Of a DNA stretch of 52,491 bases, positions 49,476 through 52,491 are shown in pieces. Each line of letters begins with the position of its first letter. Position 1 is the first letter of the stretch. The DNA is taken from the NCBI GenBank assembly GCA_000934665.2, contig JYFJ02002698.1, positions 1 to 52,491 of the forward strand, in the 5' to 3' direction. The notes below the pieces were generated by a model. It made no database searches. It was not told the origin of the DNA and was given only the letters and a program-made list of their open reading frames with translations. This stretch comes from Catajapyx aquilonaris. Lineage: Eukaryota. Both the position numbers and the translations under genes were made by a program.

Positions 49476-50943
49476 CCTGCAAAAATTCTCCAATCAGCAG
49501 AGAAAGCAACAAAGGTCAAGTGCAATTATGCTTACCCACGACCAGACTCGATCATTACTCAGCACCATAGACACACGTAGGCACTTTGCATTACTTGTTT
49601 TGTTATCTCTTCAAGGATGTTTTCCCACCTATTGTTCCTTCCTTGGCTTCCTGCGGCCCGACTCGGAGGATGCGATACACGATTACACGTGCCGGGTGCC
49701 AGGTGGGCCAGGAAAATGAGCGGGCCTGGGCAGAGGTGGCAGCACCGTCCAGACCCGATTTCTTTCAAAGTTGCAGGGCCCAAGCCACGCCCCCAAGTCT
49801 ACCTGACCTTGTTCACGCTCATTGCGGGGCCCCCTTTTCGCGCCTATTTGAAAAGTGGCGGCTGTGGCATAGGCCATGATTTTAGAATCATCTCTTTGTG
49901 TTAATGATTGTTCCAATGCTCTGTGACCAGATTGAATGACCCAGTCACAAGTGAATAAACTGTCATGTTTTATAATATGCTTATAATTACAGTATAATGT
50001 GTCTCAATGCAATAAATGTCCTGATGATATGTAAAATCATTTATATTATTCACAGCAAGTGACCCATCTCGTGAAATCCTGAAATTAAAATGCCCGCATC
50101 GAGAAATCCAAGACTCTGATAACTTTGGCTGTATAAGTGTCGAATAGCTTATGAACTGAAATAAATCGGGATAGCAATGCAAAAGCATGAAGATGTTGGT
50201 CGTCAGTAGAGTAATTTAAGGTGCATGTGTGCCTCTTCAAGTACCATATATTCCAGTTGAGATTTCTTGGGTAACGGGTTAAGATCGACAGCTGTAATCA
50301 AACCCAAATTGGTGTAAGTGAATTATTATAATATGAAAACTGTTTCATATGCGTAGAACATAAGTACATTGAATGCAAATAGGGGCAAAAAATACTCACT
50401 GAAACCACATGAGATGTGTGCAAAAGATGACAGGAAAATGTATGCGATGAATGAAGTTTCCATTGTGGTTCGTACTCTTTGTACTCTGGCAAGTGAATCT
50501 GTTACAGTATAGTATAGGCAGCTCCCTGGTATAGGCTGCAAGATACTGCTAATATGCTTGTGGAGTTGTGGGCTATGTTTTTATATACTGTTGCCTCCTG
50601 ATATCAGCTGCCAGGTAATCACTTGGATTGATCTGACATGTATACACTTCAGAACGTTTTCTTTCACCCCAAAGGAATGATGCAGTGAATAGGTGTAATC
50701 ATAGTTCACTTCATACCAAGCTCTTGATTATACTGGTAATGTGAAAACGATATCGAATCTCACTTGATGTACTGAGCGCCCTATTAAGGATAAACGCCAT
50801 ATCGTCGTTGATCATGTTCATTGTCATCACTCATCAGCTTCACTCTTTGTCAGACTATGGTGTTATAATTCATTGATTCATTACATGCCAGTGTTCGTAT
50901 ATACATTGAGAAGCGCGATAATTTTCAAACGGTCCTGAAAGAC

Positions 50944-50962
50944 TGGCCAGCAGATGGCAGTG
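50944..50962 (+). promoter_or_regulatory. CTCF-consensus site
   Basis: TGGCCAGCAGATGGCAGTG closely matches the CTCF core motif; it lies about 1.4 kb upstream of the MFS coding start. Confidence 0.55.
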
Positions 50963-52491
50963 CGTGACTACAGTATTACCAACAGACTGGGCGTATCTTT
51001 GTTTAATTTATAATTTTTATTACGGTAGTACCTGGAATACGTTCGAATTTTAATAGCATGTATTGCCATCCTGTCAGTTACACTTGAATTAACTGTTTTG
51101 CAGGGACTTCAACTTTGAGGACGGAGAGAAGCCATTCGTGTAGCCATGCAGCTGTGATGGTGTGTTGAGTTTTCTGTTTCCAGAATCTCAACGTGCCTTT
51201 TTTTGAGGGCTGCATTGGCTGGTCTGCATGTGTCGACGCATAGTACGTGAGGTAAAGTCCTTTTAGTGGGGGCTCTTAGGGTCCAAATTCGACCAGATGG
51301 GGACAGGTTGGACAAAAGCGCCATATTTTTTCCATGGAATCTGTGTTGCTTACGCTTTAGATTTTTGGTAGGATCCACGTGATCAAGACAATGGATCATG
51401 AGTTATGAGTCATAATCCATGTGACCGTGTCAGCCGGTGGATACTTCTTCAATTGTTGATACTACCGCATTACAAATAACAATTTATAGTTCCCCGCAGA
51501 CTACTCATGTTATTTAAGTGTTATTTAAGTGTTACTTAAATAAGCTGCACAATAGGGGGTCGATCAGGTGTATGATCAGTGTGCATGAATGTAATGGTAA
51601 TTGTATGGGGCATTCTGCATCAATGGGGCTACCCGTTATTGCCATGACCTTTTCAGGTTTTGGTCATATTGAAGTATATTGTAGTATATACCAACAGACA
51701 GGTTTGCGTAACCGAGTTTGTTTCTCAGTACGACGAGTGGTTATGAAACTACAGGGTGCCCAATGTGCCAGTTTTGCTCCGTAAGCATCCGTAAGCTGTT
51801 ACTTGGAGGGCAACTCCCAGAGGAACAGTTAATTCCTAAACTTTGTGTGCATTTGAAAGGTAATATCACTTCTTATGAGATGGTCATACTCCTAATTAAG
51901 AAGACAAAAAAAAATTAAATAAAAATGGTCAAAAAAATTATTATTTTGATGTTGATCATTAATGGACCTCTGCGATTTATTTTGAACGGCACTTAAAATG
52001 ATAAGTGAAATGTTTACTTGGGATTCCGCAAAATCTGGAGAACCCCTGTTCCCTGATTCAAGAACTCTACCGAGGTAACAATAAATGCCGATGTCAATGG
52101 CCGAGTAAAATGATAAATTGCATGAAGTTAAAAGAGATTCCCATTTTAATGGGCTTCTTAGTGAGGAAGGTGCAAGTTTCAGAATATTTCTTGTCATGTA
52201 TGGATGGCCAAAAAAATTATCCCGTGGCTGAATGATTGATTGCATATTTGTCGATCCAGAAATAATATTACAGCTGCCACTTCAGCATTTACGTAACTGT
52301 TATTAACCAACAATATGATAAAATGTTCTCTTTAAAACCGCTGACCGTACGAACTTGACGTGTGGACAGTCGCCAATCCAGGGACACATGCGATAATGGT
52401 TTTTTGGAATGATGTTGTATATGTCGTATTTCGTGTTGGGCAGTTTATCAGGGTTCATTGTTGAACACAAGAATGGACTAACCGTGTACAT

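Noticed and set aside
52021..52048. hAT-Charlie-like right end similar to 16404-16648
   Set aside because: No left end or TSD was located.

Overview
Eukaryotic genomic DNA, most likely from an arthropod: GT-AG introns mostly 55-80 nt, an arthropod-type LIM kinase, and TTAGG repeats inside a transposon. Three intron-containing genes can be spliced by hand into complete reading frames, all on the minus strand: LIM domain kinase 1 (20538-31042, 11 exons, about 781 aa), an orphan class A GPCR with non-canonical DRY/D2.50/NPxxY motifs (34805-36148, 3 exons, about 410 aa), and a spinster-like MFS transporter (44219-49475, 6 exons, about 479 aa). The first ~18.5 kb has no recognisable protein-coding exon. 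It holds MITEs, long palindromes, a ~1 kb array of 32/38-bp hairpin-bearing repeats, an AT-rich block and CTCF/YY1-like motifs. LIMK introns carry several fold-back elements, including a mariner derivative built from two transposase 3' ends; its arm mismatches suggest CpG methylation decay. Some intergenic stretches contain chains of plausible splice sites that may be unannotated micro-exon genes (speculative). I found no CRISPR array, rRNA or tRNA, and no clear evidence of a wholly new system. The best leads are the hairpin array, the atypical GPCR, the candidate divergent micro-exon gene and the fold-back elements.
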